DNA from: Girardia tigrina
Lineage: Eukaryota
Direction: 5' to 3'
Length of the DNA: 54,843 bases
NCBI GenBank assembly: GCA_001938485.1
Contig: MQRK01231607.1
Span: forward strand, 1 to 54,843
Both the position numbers and the translations under genes were made by a program. Numbering within the stretch: the stretch's first letter is position 1; the number at the start of each line of letters is the position of its first letter. The notes beneath the pieces were generated by a model. The model did no database searches. It worked only from the letters and a program-made list of their open reading frames with translations, and was not told the origin of the DNA. Shown here one piece after another: positions 36,630 to 48,440 of the stretch.

Positions 36630-37518
36630 TATTTTTAATAATTAAATTTGATTTACTTATATGAGAAGCCATTTTTTTCTTTGATTATTAAAAATTAAAT
36701 CTTTAATTAAAATTGAAACTATTATTTTTAAAAAAATATAAACAGAACTTAAAATAAATAGAATCAAATTTTGTTTATCTAAATAGTTTAATTAAATGAA
36801 GTAATTAAACAAATAATTCATAAAGCTATAAATTTATTAATTAAATAATTCATAAAGACTTTTTTGATGGAAGAAAACAAATTAATATATGTTGAATGAA
36901 TAAGAAAAAAAGGTAAATATCATTTAGAACTTGGTCGAAGATGTCGTCCGAACATATTTATATGGAAATTAAATACATTGTAAATAATTTTCAATAATTC
37001 AATACGACAAACAAAAATAAGGAAAGAAGATTAGTGTATAACCACCTAATTAAATTATAAATATTAAAATTACATTTTGTTTTCCCTTTACTATTATAAA
37101 ATTATTATTATTTCTATTCCAGTTTCTATAGGGGAGTCATACTCTAATGACCGACTCCTAATTTGAAGTGAAAAAAAGTGTATTATTATTTATAAGTGTA
37201 AAAATATCGGATTCGGTTACTACAGATCAGAATTGATCAATATTTCTTTTCGTATTGTCCTCGTTGGGGAACCGAATTCGATATCTTTAACTCGTTTAAA
37301 ATAAAGAAAAAGTCCAATAAGATAAATCATGGACTAAATTAATCAAACCTAATTAATGGCTTTGCGGTTTGATTAATTTATTCAGTATTTAATCAACAAT
37401 AGCTATTAGTAGGAAAGTAAGCGTAATAGACTCAAAAATTATATAATGTAACAAAAAAATAAACTCTAATCAAAATAACCTTTCACAATTAAACTTAGTC
37501 CGTCAAAGTATCAAATTA

Positions 37519-37740
37519 TCGTCAGTAAATTAATTAGTAGGATTCGAACAATTAGATTTTCTGCTGATATTCGTCGGATCTGAGTATAGGTAAATAAATC
37601 GTGAATTGTCAAGTGAGTTAATAATAATATCGTCAATAAAATAGTAGGTGGAGTTGAATAATTAAATTTCGTACTGGTATTCGTCGAATCTGATGATAAA
37701 TAAACAAATCGTGAATTGTCATGTGAGTTGTTAATACAGG
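37519..37740. repeat. Diverged tandem duplication, 2 x about 110 bp
   Basis: TCGTCA..AAAT..AGTAGG...TATTCGTCG.ATCTGA...AAATCGTGAATTGTCA.GTGAGTT occurs twice. Confidence 0.85.
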
Positions 37741-38076
37741 TAAATTCACGCTCATAAGTTCTAATTATAATTATTTGTGATCGATTTCAATTTGAATTCA
37801 AAGTCAAATTCAAATTGTATAATTAATTCATATAAAGTAATAATTTGCTTTTATAATAATTTTCTTTTCTGTCTTTCAAACTGTCTTCCTTTAATTATTT
37901 TTTTTGTTCTTTAATTAATTTTAATTTCGATTGTGGTATTCTAAACTCCTCAACTTACGGGATTGATTGAACGTTTTCTTTGGCTCTTTTTCGATAAACA
38001 CATAAATAACACGATATAAAAAATATATAAACACAACTCAAATAGTCTACTTCGTATAAAATAAAAAAATATATAA

Positions 38077-38223
38077 TCACTGTGGTTAATAGATCGACAC
38101 ATGCGCAGGACAACAACAGACGTGATGATACACACACAAAAAATAATAAATAACAAAAGCAATCAAGTACATCCAAAAGAAATAAAAAGAATAGGGTACA
38201 CGCATGTAAAAACATCGAACACC
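38077..38223 (-). ncRNA. Long G/U-rich hairpin ending in ACA (H/ACA-like candidate, possible family copy D)
   Basis: Stems GGT/ACC, TCGAT/GTCGA and ACATGCGTG/TGCGCATGT. ACA lies 15 nt after the upper stem, and the tail TAACCACA resembles TAACCAGA in copy A. Confidence 0.3.
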
Positions 38224-38803
38224 GTCCGTTTGTTAAAATGAGGTATCACAATAAGTATTACTATTATTATTTATTTGAATTATTAATTTTGAATTATATA
38301 TGATTATTTCGATTTTTGGAAGTCATTGATAATTCATATTTAAATTCAAAAAATAAAAATTAATTAATATCAATAAAATAACTGACTCTTATAAAAGAGG
38401 ATAAAAATTCTTGTCAGTAATTTATATCAAACACAATTACAAATTCGTGTTATTTGTTTGTAAGTATACTGAATTTTTCACGGTGAAACGATTCCTCAAT
38501 ACTATATTACTGAAATAAGTGGTGCAAAGCCCGACAAATCATTCTGCATATCTTTGACTAACTCTAAAAAAATGACTCATTGTACTAATACATAAATATT
38601 TGATTTTTATTCCAACATAGTACCTGTGCACCCCCTGAAATCCGATTATCAATATTTTTTATTTGCTCTGTCATTCGCGTGTAAAGTTATTTATTATTTT
38701 AGTTTCAATCCCCTAAACATTTTTTTCTTTTTATCGTGATATGTTAACTATTTTTTAACTCTTTCTGTTTTGAGTTTGTCACAACTAATATAACTTTATT
38801 ATA

Positions 38804-40092
38804 TTAGGGTGAACCAAAAGTCTTTTCGTATTTTTTATTAAAAATTTTAACATAATTTTACAACAAATAAAAAACATTTAAGTTTCAAAGTAAAGTCCAT
38901 TTGAATCTATAGCTTGAACCCATCTATGGGCAAGTTGTGCGATCCCGCTGCGGTACCAATCCTTGTTCTTAGAAGCGAAGAACTGGTGACACCCGTTTTC
39001 GACCTCGGCCAGATTATTGAAACTGCGACCACGAAGAAAGTGTGTCATAGAGCGGAAAAAGTGATAATCGGATGGCGCAAGATCCGGACTATACGCTAAG
39101 TGTAGAAGAAGTTCAAAGGCGTCGAGATTTTTGATTTTTTCCTTTGTTTGTTTGGCGGTGTGCGGTTTTTCATTGTCCTGTTGTAGAAGAACTCGCTTTC
39201 GATTGATCAAAGCGAGTTATTTCTCGCTAAGTACGGTATACATTCGATCAAGTTGGGCGCAGTAAAGGTCAGCGTCGATGGTACGACGGTTTGGAACCAA
39301 CTCGAAGCGAATCACGCCTTCGAAATTCCACCAAACATACAAAAGTGCCTTCCTTGAGAAACGATCTCGTTTTACTACCGGTTTAGCAATTTGTCCGGCA
39401 TCCAACCATTGATTTTGTTGGTCTGGATTACTGAAGTAAACCCAATTTTAATCGCAAGTTCCAATTCGACGGATGGAACGGTCTTCGCATGGATTTTCAA
39501 GCAATTTTTGACAAGTTTCGAAACGCTTTTCGGCTTGAATTGGTGTCAATTCATGAGGTACTTCTCGACATCGTCTATTGACCTTGCCAAGAGCGTGAAG
39601 GTGTCATACAATGGATGTTTGAGGAATATCGAGTTCGACCGACAATCTACAAGTAATTATTGACGGATTGGTCTCGACGGCTTCACGAATTGTTCCGGAA
39701 TCTACGGTGATAGGTCGGCCTGAACGTGCATTGTCTCCGAGGTCAGTGTTGCCTTCGTTAAACCTTTTGAACCAATTTTGTGCAGTACAATTTGGGATCA
39801 CATTATCGCCTTCAACTTCGCAGATATCTTCTTTATGACCACAGTTGCATGGAAACCCTGTTTCCATTAATGTCGTAAAAGAACACGAATTTCAAAATTT
39901 TCCATGATTTTTCTAAAAGACCATAAAAATTATATTAACGATTAATTATAAGTTTTAATATATATTGTGATGGTGCAGTTCAAGAGCTTTAAAAACATAT
40001 AACACATATATTTAAAATATCTTTATTTGGTAATAAGAAACAATTGAACAAAAAGACGTGGAAAATACGAAAAGACTTTTGGTTCACCCTAA
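38804..40092 (-). mobile_element. Full-length mariner (1289 bp), perfect 31-bp TIRs, TA TSD
   Basis: TA|TTAGGGTGAACCAAAAGTCTTTTCGTATTTT ... AAAATACGAAAAGACTTTTGGTTCACCCTAA|TA. Confidence 0.97.
38878..39905 (-). pseudogene. mariner DD34D transposase pseudogene
   Basis: MENFEIRVLLRH*WKQG..., WFKRFNEG.TDL.D.ARSGRP, LYVWWNFEGV, QQDNEKPH and YSPDLAPSDYHFF. Contains stops and frameshifts. Confidence 0.95.
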
Positions 40093-40975
40093 TATAATTC
40101 TAAACTTTATATTTTATTTCTTTATTGTTTAGGAAAGGATTTAGTCCATCAATTTATTTCTTTTAAGTCCTATTATATTAAAATTTATACTCTAATTATC
40201 AATTTTATTGCCAACAGTGGGTTTACAGATTCCTTTTATTCAATCTAATCTTTCAACTCAATTTTAAAATTATATTTAGGAAATTTTATTTTAGTCAGTT
40301 TAATTTTTAAAAATACTAAAAACGAAAAATTTTAATTTTATATTTAATTATTATAAGGAAGTTGACAGTTGTTTTTGGGTAATCTTATTTTAGTCCACAT
40401 AACCAAGAATTATATTTTATCATAATTGTAAATCGTCTATCACAACTGCAATGTTGCAATGAATTTTAAAATATAATCATTTTCAAAAACATAAAAACTG
40501 CCAATGGTTATGAAGGATTTTAAGAGTCATTTTAAGTCGAGACATTCATAATATACCATATAATTATACTAAGAATATAAAATTATAATTTTATATTTTA
40601 TCATAATTATATACCTTATAATAAATTTATGTCACTTATTTATTTAAATAAAAATACTTAATATTTTTCTAACAAAAACTCGTAATGCCAGAATGCCTAC
40701 TGAGCGTCTTATTTTATATTAGAACAATTATTTAAAAGATTATATTACTCTAAAACGTCGAAAATATGAAAACCAAATGACCAAGTATAATTGACCCACA
40801 CAAATGGTCCATAAAAGTCTGTCAAAGAGTCTTCTTAAACTGTCAAATTTGTAAAGTTTTATAGTTTTTTTTAATTAAGAGGTTTTTACAACGTTCGTAA
40901 TGATGTCAGAATTGTTAATGATAATAAAAAAAATTTTTATTAATCATTTTAAAATATAGATGTTACGAAAATTAT

Positions 40976-43318
40976 TAGGGAGCGACGATGTATCGTTAAA
41001 CAATGCATCGGAAGAACAACAATAAAATAAAAAAACAGCTATATTCAAATCTAAAATTTTATTTGGTCATTGATACTTGCTATTGAACTACAATAATGGC
41101 AAAGAGGATTTACAAAAAAGAAAAAAAATTTCAAATTTATTTTTGGAAAATTGAATTAAACTATAAAAGGTACATCAATTATTTTCTTCATCAGTCTTAA
41201 GTTTTCTTTTATACAAACAAGTTTTTCAACTTTGGATACTGAAAAATTTGTTCTACTGTCACCACATATATTTCCAGCTGTGGAAAACACACGTTCAGAG
41301 TTGGAAGAAGTTACTGGAATCACCAATGTTCTCCTGGCGAAGCAAGTTTGGGATAAATAAGTGATTCCTTTTTCCAGTATATCCAATTATTGGCATTCGG
41401 TGTTGTTAAATATTTTTCTAATTCCGCCTTGATGTCCGCCATTAAGGAGGTCCTCCTTTTCGGGTTATCTACGACTTTTCAAAAAGTCTTGACCTGCAAA
41501 CTTTTGGAAGGTCTTCTTATGTATGCAGTTTTTTTGTATTTTTAGTGGCTGTTTTTGTGTCTGTGTTTATGTGTTTGTGTCTTGTTGCGTGTCATCAATG
41601 AGAGATTGTGATGTGTTGGGTGAGGAAGTGTTCTTAAGTACGGCCTTGTACATGTTGAACACAGCTTCCTGCATTAATATTTTGGTTATGTTGTATCTTT
41701 GCCCAATAACATGTAATGTCGATCCTTTGTAACGTGGATCCAACATGTTTGCATATGCGTATTCTAAAACCTGAGCTCCACAATCGGGAAACATGTCAAT
41801 CATTTCCAACAAGTAATGATCAACGACCACTTTCATCATAAGATTGGGTGGATCATGTGATATTGACTGCAACTCTTCCTTCAGATCAAAGAGTTTTGGA
41901 TTGACATTGACTATTGAGAATCTCGTTCTCTGGACTTGCAAGGTTGTAGAGTTCTTCAAATTTTTTTCAATAGTTCAATCATTGTCCTCAAGTGTTTAAT
42001 CTCCTCTTCATCTGGTAGTTTGTTGTCTAGATTTTGTGAAACATCTTTTTCTGCTACAATTTTGATGGCAGGCAGTAGCTCATTGATAGATTATAATTGA
42101 TGAAGCTCACAGTTCCATCTGGTTGAGCAACTTTGAACTATTTTGATAATTATGATATCTAGAATTTAAGATGCTTCGGTAATAATTAAATCCTTTAACT
42201 TCTGAAAATGATTGAAGAAGCCAACCAGTGATGTCATCTTATCACTTAAATCTCTCTACAACTCACATTTCGATGCAGCACTTTGCCCAATCAATTTTTT
42301 CTTATGATCATCACACCAGATGATCAACATCATTTATAACACAATGCTTAAATGATGTACGCACATTTGATCCCAAGTTTAAGTCTTTAGTGAACCTATC
42401 CAATCTTTATGCGATTTCTTCCGATTAATGTTTGCCAGCAAAGTGTTGAAAAGTAACCAAGAAACACTTCATTTGAAAATCTGAATCAATTTAGTGCTCA
42501 GGCATAGCAATGTATGCTGCGTTGGTGATTCTGTTGGTCCACAGATTAGACGTGAATGATATTCCATCAAAATGAGGTTTATCTTCATTTAATATTTTAT
42601 CAATTGTTGCCTTCATGGCACTGTAAACATTCGGAATTTTAGTACGCAAAATTTTCCTTGAAGAAATTGGAATATACTGTCCTTTAGTACATACTTTTAC
42701 AAAATTTTTAAAGTCATCGTTTTCAACTACATTAAAAGGCAACATGGTACTTGCTGTCCACTAAACTTCATTCTATTAGTCGTCATTTCTAGGCCATGGA
42801 CTTTTGGTGAATACCCGGTTTGTTGTTGTTGTTTCGTCCGAAATTTCGTCTTTTCTTGACCTCTTCCTGGCTTAGGTCATGACAATGGCTGCTCCTGATG
42901 GTCAAGAGCCAGAAGAGGGTCCAACTTTAAAGTCATTATCTGAGTCAGAGTTTGCATCTACAGTTTCAACTGTTGATCTTGCATTCACCCTGGCCTCCCT
43001 TGCTTCTTGTGTTTTAAAGCTGGTTTTGTGCTTTATCCTAAGATTGCCTCTTATCCATGTTATGCTTCCAGTAGACACCCTGTAATGCTCACCACACTCA
43101 ATGCAGCTACCCCTGTTTTCATTATTTATGGTGTAGTAATCCCAAATTAAGGAAACTTTTATCATCTGGAAGGGAAAAAATCAATTTAACTATTTCGTTA
43201 ATCGTTCATCACACATCTAACAATATATCTGTATATCAATCAATCAATTTAAAAGTTAAATAAATAAATCTATTTATACATTAATATATATCCATCTATG
43301 TACCTTTTCACCTAACTA
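40976..43318 (-). mobile_element. hAT (Ac/ZBED-type) transposon relic with BED finger
   Basis: IWDYY...CIEC...STGS (BED finger), LPFNVVENDDFK, SFTSNLWT, TRWN, MLDPRYK and IPVTSSNSERVFSTAG. 3' terminus TAGGGAGCGACGAT at 40976. Confidence 0.92.
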
Positions 43319-43320
43319 TA

Positions 43321-44600
43321 ACGGGTGCGCAGGCAAAATCTGGACAAATTTTAAACCACCATTGTGAAAAGACGAAATTAAATTTCCAGAAGCTGTTTAT
43401 ATTTTATTTAAGGGCAAGATGTAAGGAACAAAAAATGTTTACAGAATAATTGAAAGTGGTCCGTCTCCATACACAGCACGAAGGCGTTTTTTAATCCCTT
43501 TGAATTCCTTCCGCAAAGTTGACTGATCCATTGTTTTCAACAATTTCTTAATCCGTTACTGTATTTGAGGGATTGTTTGAGCCTCCCAAACTCCCTCATA
43601 CACTTTCGCCTTTAGAGCGCCCCAAAAGTTCTCAATGAGGCGGCAGTATGGGACGTTGGGAGGATTACACTCCTTGTCAACAAAGGGGATGTTGAGATGA
43701 TGGAGAAGATTGAGAGTGTTGTTGGCATAATGTGCAGAAGCCAGGTCCGGCCAGAAGAGAATTTTGTCATCTCGATGATATTTCTTGATAAAAATCATTA
43801 GACCTTGTCTGATACACTGCTCGTGATAGAAATCGGCATGTACACTGTTTGGCCGCTGCAAAAATGTAGGATCACTGATGTGGTCTGCAGAGACACAAAG
43901 CCAAACCATCAGCTGAACAGAGAAATTTCTTCCTGTTCTATATTTGACGTGTTCAGGAGCAGATTGAAGACTCGAAGTAAAGTAGTGATCATTTCCTGGT
44001 AGATAATCCCATTTCAACTTGAAGTAGCTCTCATCGTCCATGATGATTTTTTATCACTCAAACTTCGGAGTAATTTCCCTGCTCTCAGCTTTACTCGCTT
44101 TACTTGCTCCTCTGTGTACTGAGGAGCCTTCTTTCTCTTTCGGTATTTTAGATAATAATATTCTTTGATAATATTCCTAATCGTCGTGTCACAGACACCA
44201 TACTTGCTGGCTTCACGTCTGAGAGATACACCACGCTTTGTTTGAATCCATCTCCGAATACTTGCGCGCTATTGATTTGTTAACTTTTTATTGTGACCTC
44301 CACTTCCTGGCTTCATGTGCACATTTGAACTCTTGGAGAGGTTTGAGAGAAGCGTATAGATGGTAGACCGTGCACAACCTTCATTTACAAAGTGGTTTAC
44401 AGTGAAGGCTTTTCCTTTTAAAAAGTTCAGATGCCAAAAGTTGTGAACTCTCTCACGGAGCTGTTGCTCTGTCATGTCTTTTCTGAGAAAATGAATGCCG
44501 AGAGGATGACGAAATATTATGCAAGAAACCCCCTACCCAATGTGATTCATGCTGCAACTCTAAATTTTGCATTAGAATGAATCGAAATATTGGACTAAAG
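43321..44600 (-). mobile_element. TRT / ITmD37E (DD37E) Tc1-like transposon, pseudogenised
   Basis: MDDESYF, FWPDLASAHY and NPPNVPYCRLIENFW with 37 residues between D and E. N-terminal HTH at 44269-44475. One terminus at TA|ACGGGTGCGCAGG; the other is not recognisable. Confidence 0.9.
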
Positions 44601-45423
44601 AAACGGTAGTACATGATCGTTATTTTCAAAAATTCAAAATGTATAACCTATTATCTTTTTATAATGTAGTGACTTAGAAGAATATAGAGTGACTTATTCT
44701 GTTAATAAAGTCGAAAGATGATTCTGGGCAATCCTTAAAAATTATTTAAAAAAATAAAATAAGAAACAGTCTTAAAATTGTTGTTTTTTAAATATTATGA
44801 TAAAAAATTGAATAAGACATATTTCGCGACAATCTTTTCCTATAAGATCTTCCATTTATTTAGAATACAAAACACTAACAATGCTCTATCAATATTTACC
44901 TTTTTATATTATTTTTCTCATTATAATTTTTTAATTATTTCTAAATTATTTTCTTTCGTGCAATAATGAAATTTGAAATTTATGATTTAATTCTCAAAAA
45001 TAATGTAAAAAATTGATTGCTTTAAAAAAAATAAAAAAAATCTCAATAAATTTTGATAAAAACAAATTGATCTGTTATTAAGAGGAATAATGGAGTTTTA
45101 TATGAAAATTGTACAACGGCCTCCAGTGCTGATTTACGCTGACAAAGCATAATGGTTTATAAAAAATTAATATTCTAACTAATACAATTATTATACATAA
45201 AAAATAATTATTAAAATAACTTTTTGAATATTATTGAGCTAATGAATATTTATCTGTTCGAATCTTGTTCACCAATATTCGTGTAATTGTTGTAACGCCG
45301 CGCGAGAGGATTCTCGTGAGTTTGGTGAGAGAATCTAATAACAAGGCCATATTGAAGGTGGAAGTAATATTGTTATGACATATACATTGTAAAGAGGACA
45401 TAAATCTTAATATATACTTAATT

Positions 45424-46637
45424 TAAGGATGATTGGGAATACCATAAAATATTTATGTAAATAATTTATTAAAATATCAATACAATAAATTCTAATACAA
45501 TAGTTATAATTTGACAATGACTTAACATTTTGTTGCTTAGTTTTTTTGCTTGATTGATAACATCTTGGTTACTGAATATATCAATAAAAATTAATTAAAG
45601 TTATTGATGACTTGTTTTAAAAATCAGTATTTAAAAAAATGAAGTCAGAAATTCTAACTATTATGACGTGTGATTTCATACGTGGAACCACAGCATCAGA
45701 AACCATGTAAAACATCAATAGTGTATTCGGATGCAGGCAGCCTCAAATTAATTCAGCATATTTGTGGAAGGTTGTTTTAATTTCAATAATGAGTCTCGAG
45801 GTCGCCCAGGAACGCAAGTAGACAATGACGAACTGAAGATAAGTGTAGAGTGGGATTCATCACAAAGTGCTATCGAAAAAGTTAAATAGTTGAAATCAAT
45901 GTAAGTGAAATGAAAAGCAGAAACAAAAGCGTTTGTATGTTTGTTTGATGAGGCTTTCCCGTTTTAAATGTGATAACTTTTAAAATCAAATTATCACTTG
46001 TGATGAAAAGTCGATCTAATATGATAATTGCAAATCTAGGTTGATACAAATGAGCATTACAGCACAGTCCAAAGCACAATATTCATTAAACGAATCTGAT
46101 TATGAGTGCTTTCTTGTCTGCCACAGCTGTCATACATCATGCTTTTTTGAACCTTGGTTCGTCGATTAAACCAGATGTATAATGCAACCAATTGGAAGAT
46201 ATGATGCAAAACCCCGAAACAAACCAGCCGCGCTTCGTAAACAGATCTACTCCAATCTTGGTAAACGACAATAAAACACCACATACTGCACTTAAGACAG
46301 TGACAAAACTATAACAACTTGATTTGAAATGCCTGCATCATTTTCAAAAACTCACCAGACCTGGCCTCAACTGAATACCATTTCTTCCTCTTTTTCTACA
46401 GTTTTTTAACATGAAAAAAATTCAATTCCGAAGATTCCGCAAAATGGTATTCCATGCATTTATAGATTCTCACCCACCAAATTGTTATTCGAATGCCCTC
46501 AACAAGCTGTCGCTCAAATAGCAAAAGTGTGTCAAAAATATGGGTGCATAATTTTATGAATGACATTAATACTTGTATTGGTAAATTATCAATAAACTTT
46601 GATTTTAGTTCTACAAATTTCATACTTGACGACCTTG
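45424..46637 (+). mobile_element. Degenerate near-full-length mariner
   Basis: RGRPGTQVDNDELK, IITCDEK and SPDLASTEYHFF. The right TIR CTACAAATTTCATACTTGACGACC matches the 23840 family. Confidence 0.85.
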
Positions 46638-47367
46638 TATCACAAATCGTTAGATACGGAAATAAATTCCAAAACTACATTCAAACATTTTCCCTAATAT
46701 TTACGGTTAAAAATCGACGAAAATGTATAACAAAATACTTTTTATTTGAAAAACTGTCAAATTTATTCAAGTTTTTATTCACAATTTTTTAAAAGAGTAA
46801 TGAATAAATTTTTCTAATTTTGAAATTTTTATTCGAATTTATAATTTAAATAAAAAGAAAATGATTATTGTAAAATTTCAATATTTTAGTTGGTTTATTT
46901 GTCTAAATGCATATGTGTTTTCATTGTACACAAGTCCGAGTTTATTTACTGTTTTCCTAAAATTGAAAGAAAAATCGTAACATAATTTTTATAAATAATA
47001 AATTTATCAAAGGGATCATGCAAAGGATTTGTTGATTTTTTTATTAACTTACTTGAATTGCAAATTTTCGTGATTTGTAAGTAATGCATACAAAGCTTTA
47101 TGGGGTAATTTAGATAAAACTTTTAAAGATTTTGATGTAGGGTCATTGAGTTTTTATAGGCCGTATACAAGGTCCCCCTCGACTTACATCATATTTTGAT
47201 TGAAAACCTCACTATTATAATAAGTTTAGTATTTAAATAAATATTTTTTTTATTTTTTACGCATCAAATTCTTTTGTCACCAAATTTTAATTAGCTTCAA
47301 TTTATTATAATGAGGAATATCGTTTGTTTATATTTTTACCATTTTTCATTCTTTTTTTTATCTCCCT

Positions 47368-47408
<41 letters not shown>

Positions 47409-47413
<5 letters not shown>

Positions 47414-47575
47414 GGTTTTTGATCAAGATTATAATTCATTAACACTAAATTTTATTTCTAACACAAATAATAAATATTTAAACAATTTTTCGTCGAGAAA
47501 CTTTTCTTTTGTTTTCTTTTGACCAGATTCTTTATACATAAAAATATGCGATTATAAATACTGATAAGTTATTTA
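47409..47575 (-). repeat. LTR 3'-end-like dispersed repeat, copy 2
   Basis: Minus strand ends AATAAA...CCCAACA and abuts a (TA)n tract. Strongly similar to 54453-54630. Confidence 0.7.
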
Positions 47576-48269
47576 TTAAAAATAATATATTAAAAATTGA
47601 ATTTTTTTTCATTAATTTTATAGATTAACATTCTAATATTTGATAAAATTTAATTTAAAATAAAATATAAAATCAAAAATTTTATTTTAACTAAATTAAC
47701 AAAAAAAGTTAAAGTTTTATTTATTATCAATATTTCAAATTAAAAACATTTTATTACCTAATTATTTTAACTATTTATTTGTTTCATTTCTTTTACATGT
47801 CTAATTTACTTTACAAAATATATTTATCATTTTAAACTCATTTTAATGTTTTAGCTCAATTTTTTAATTAAAAATCCTTTAGTATTTATACAATTCAAAT
47901 ACAAAAAAATAATTTACAATATTTACATTTAATATTATTTTATTACGATTCTTAATTATAAAATTTTTAATTATTTATCGAATTTTTAATTGGCAGAATT
48001 TCAAACTGACTTTAAAATTATCTGTTTTTTTTAAATTACATCTCTGGCAATAAAAATTTCAATTATTTATTTTTCAGAATAACTTTTAAAATTAATAAAA
48101 AAGATGATTATCCTTGGCTCTATATATTTCTTTTAAATCAATTATTTTAAAAATCAATTATTTCACAATTAATTTCATTTTAAATTTTTATTTTGCAATT
48201 AAAATTTAATTATTTTAGAAAATAAATTTTTAAAAATAATTAAAGATGTGTAATTAATTAATGTGTAAA

Positions 48270-48440
48270 GTACCCACTACTTCAGGCACATGGGGTCGCA
48301 TGTTGTTTTTGCCGGTATTAAAATTGGTATGTTTGTGTATTTGTCATATTGTTGTTTGCTATTTTGTGTATTGATTGTTGACGCCACTATTCGGGGCCAA
48401 TGTGAGTGTGCGGCCGCGACACAATTTGGGTGCAGAGCAA
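48270..48440 (+). ncRNA. Structured GC-rich hairpin followed by box-H-like AGAGCA (H/ACA or scaRNA candidate)
   Basis: Basal stem GTACCCA/TGGGTGC, large internal loop, 11-bp stem GGTCGCATGTT/AGTGTGCGGCC, G/U-rich apical domain, and AGAGCA at 48434. Confidence 0.35.

Noticed and set aside
48275-48292. U3 box A-like ACTACTTCAGG
   Set aside because: No GATCATTT continuation and no B/C/D boxes.
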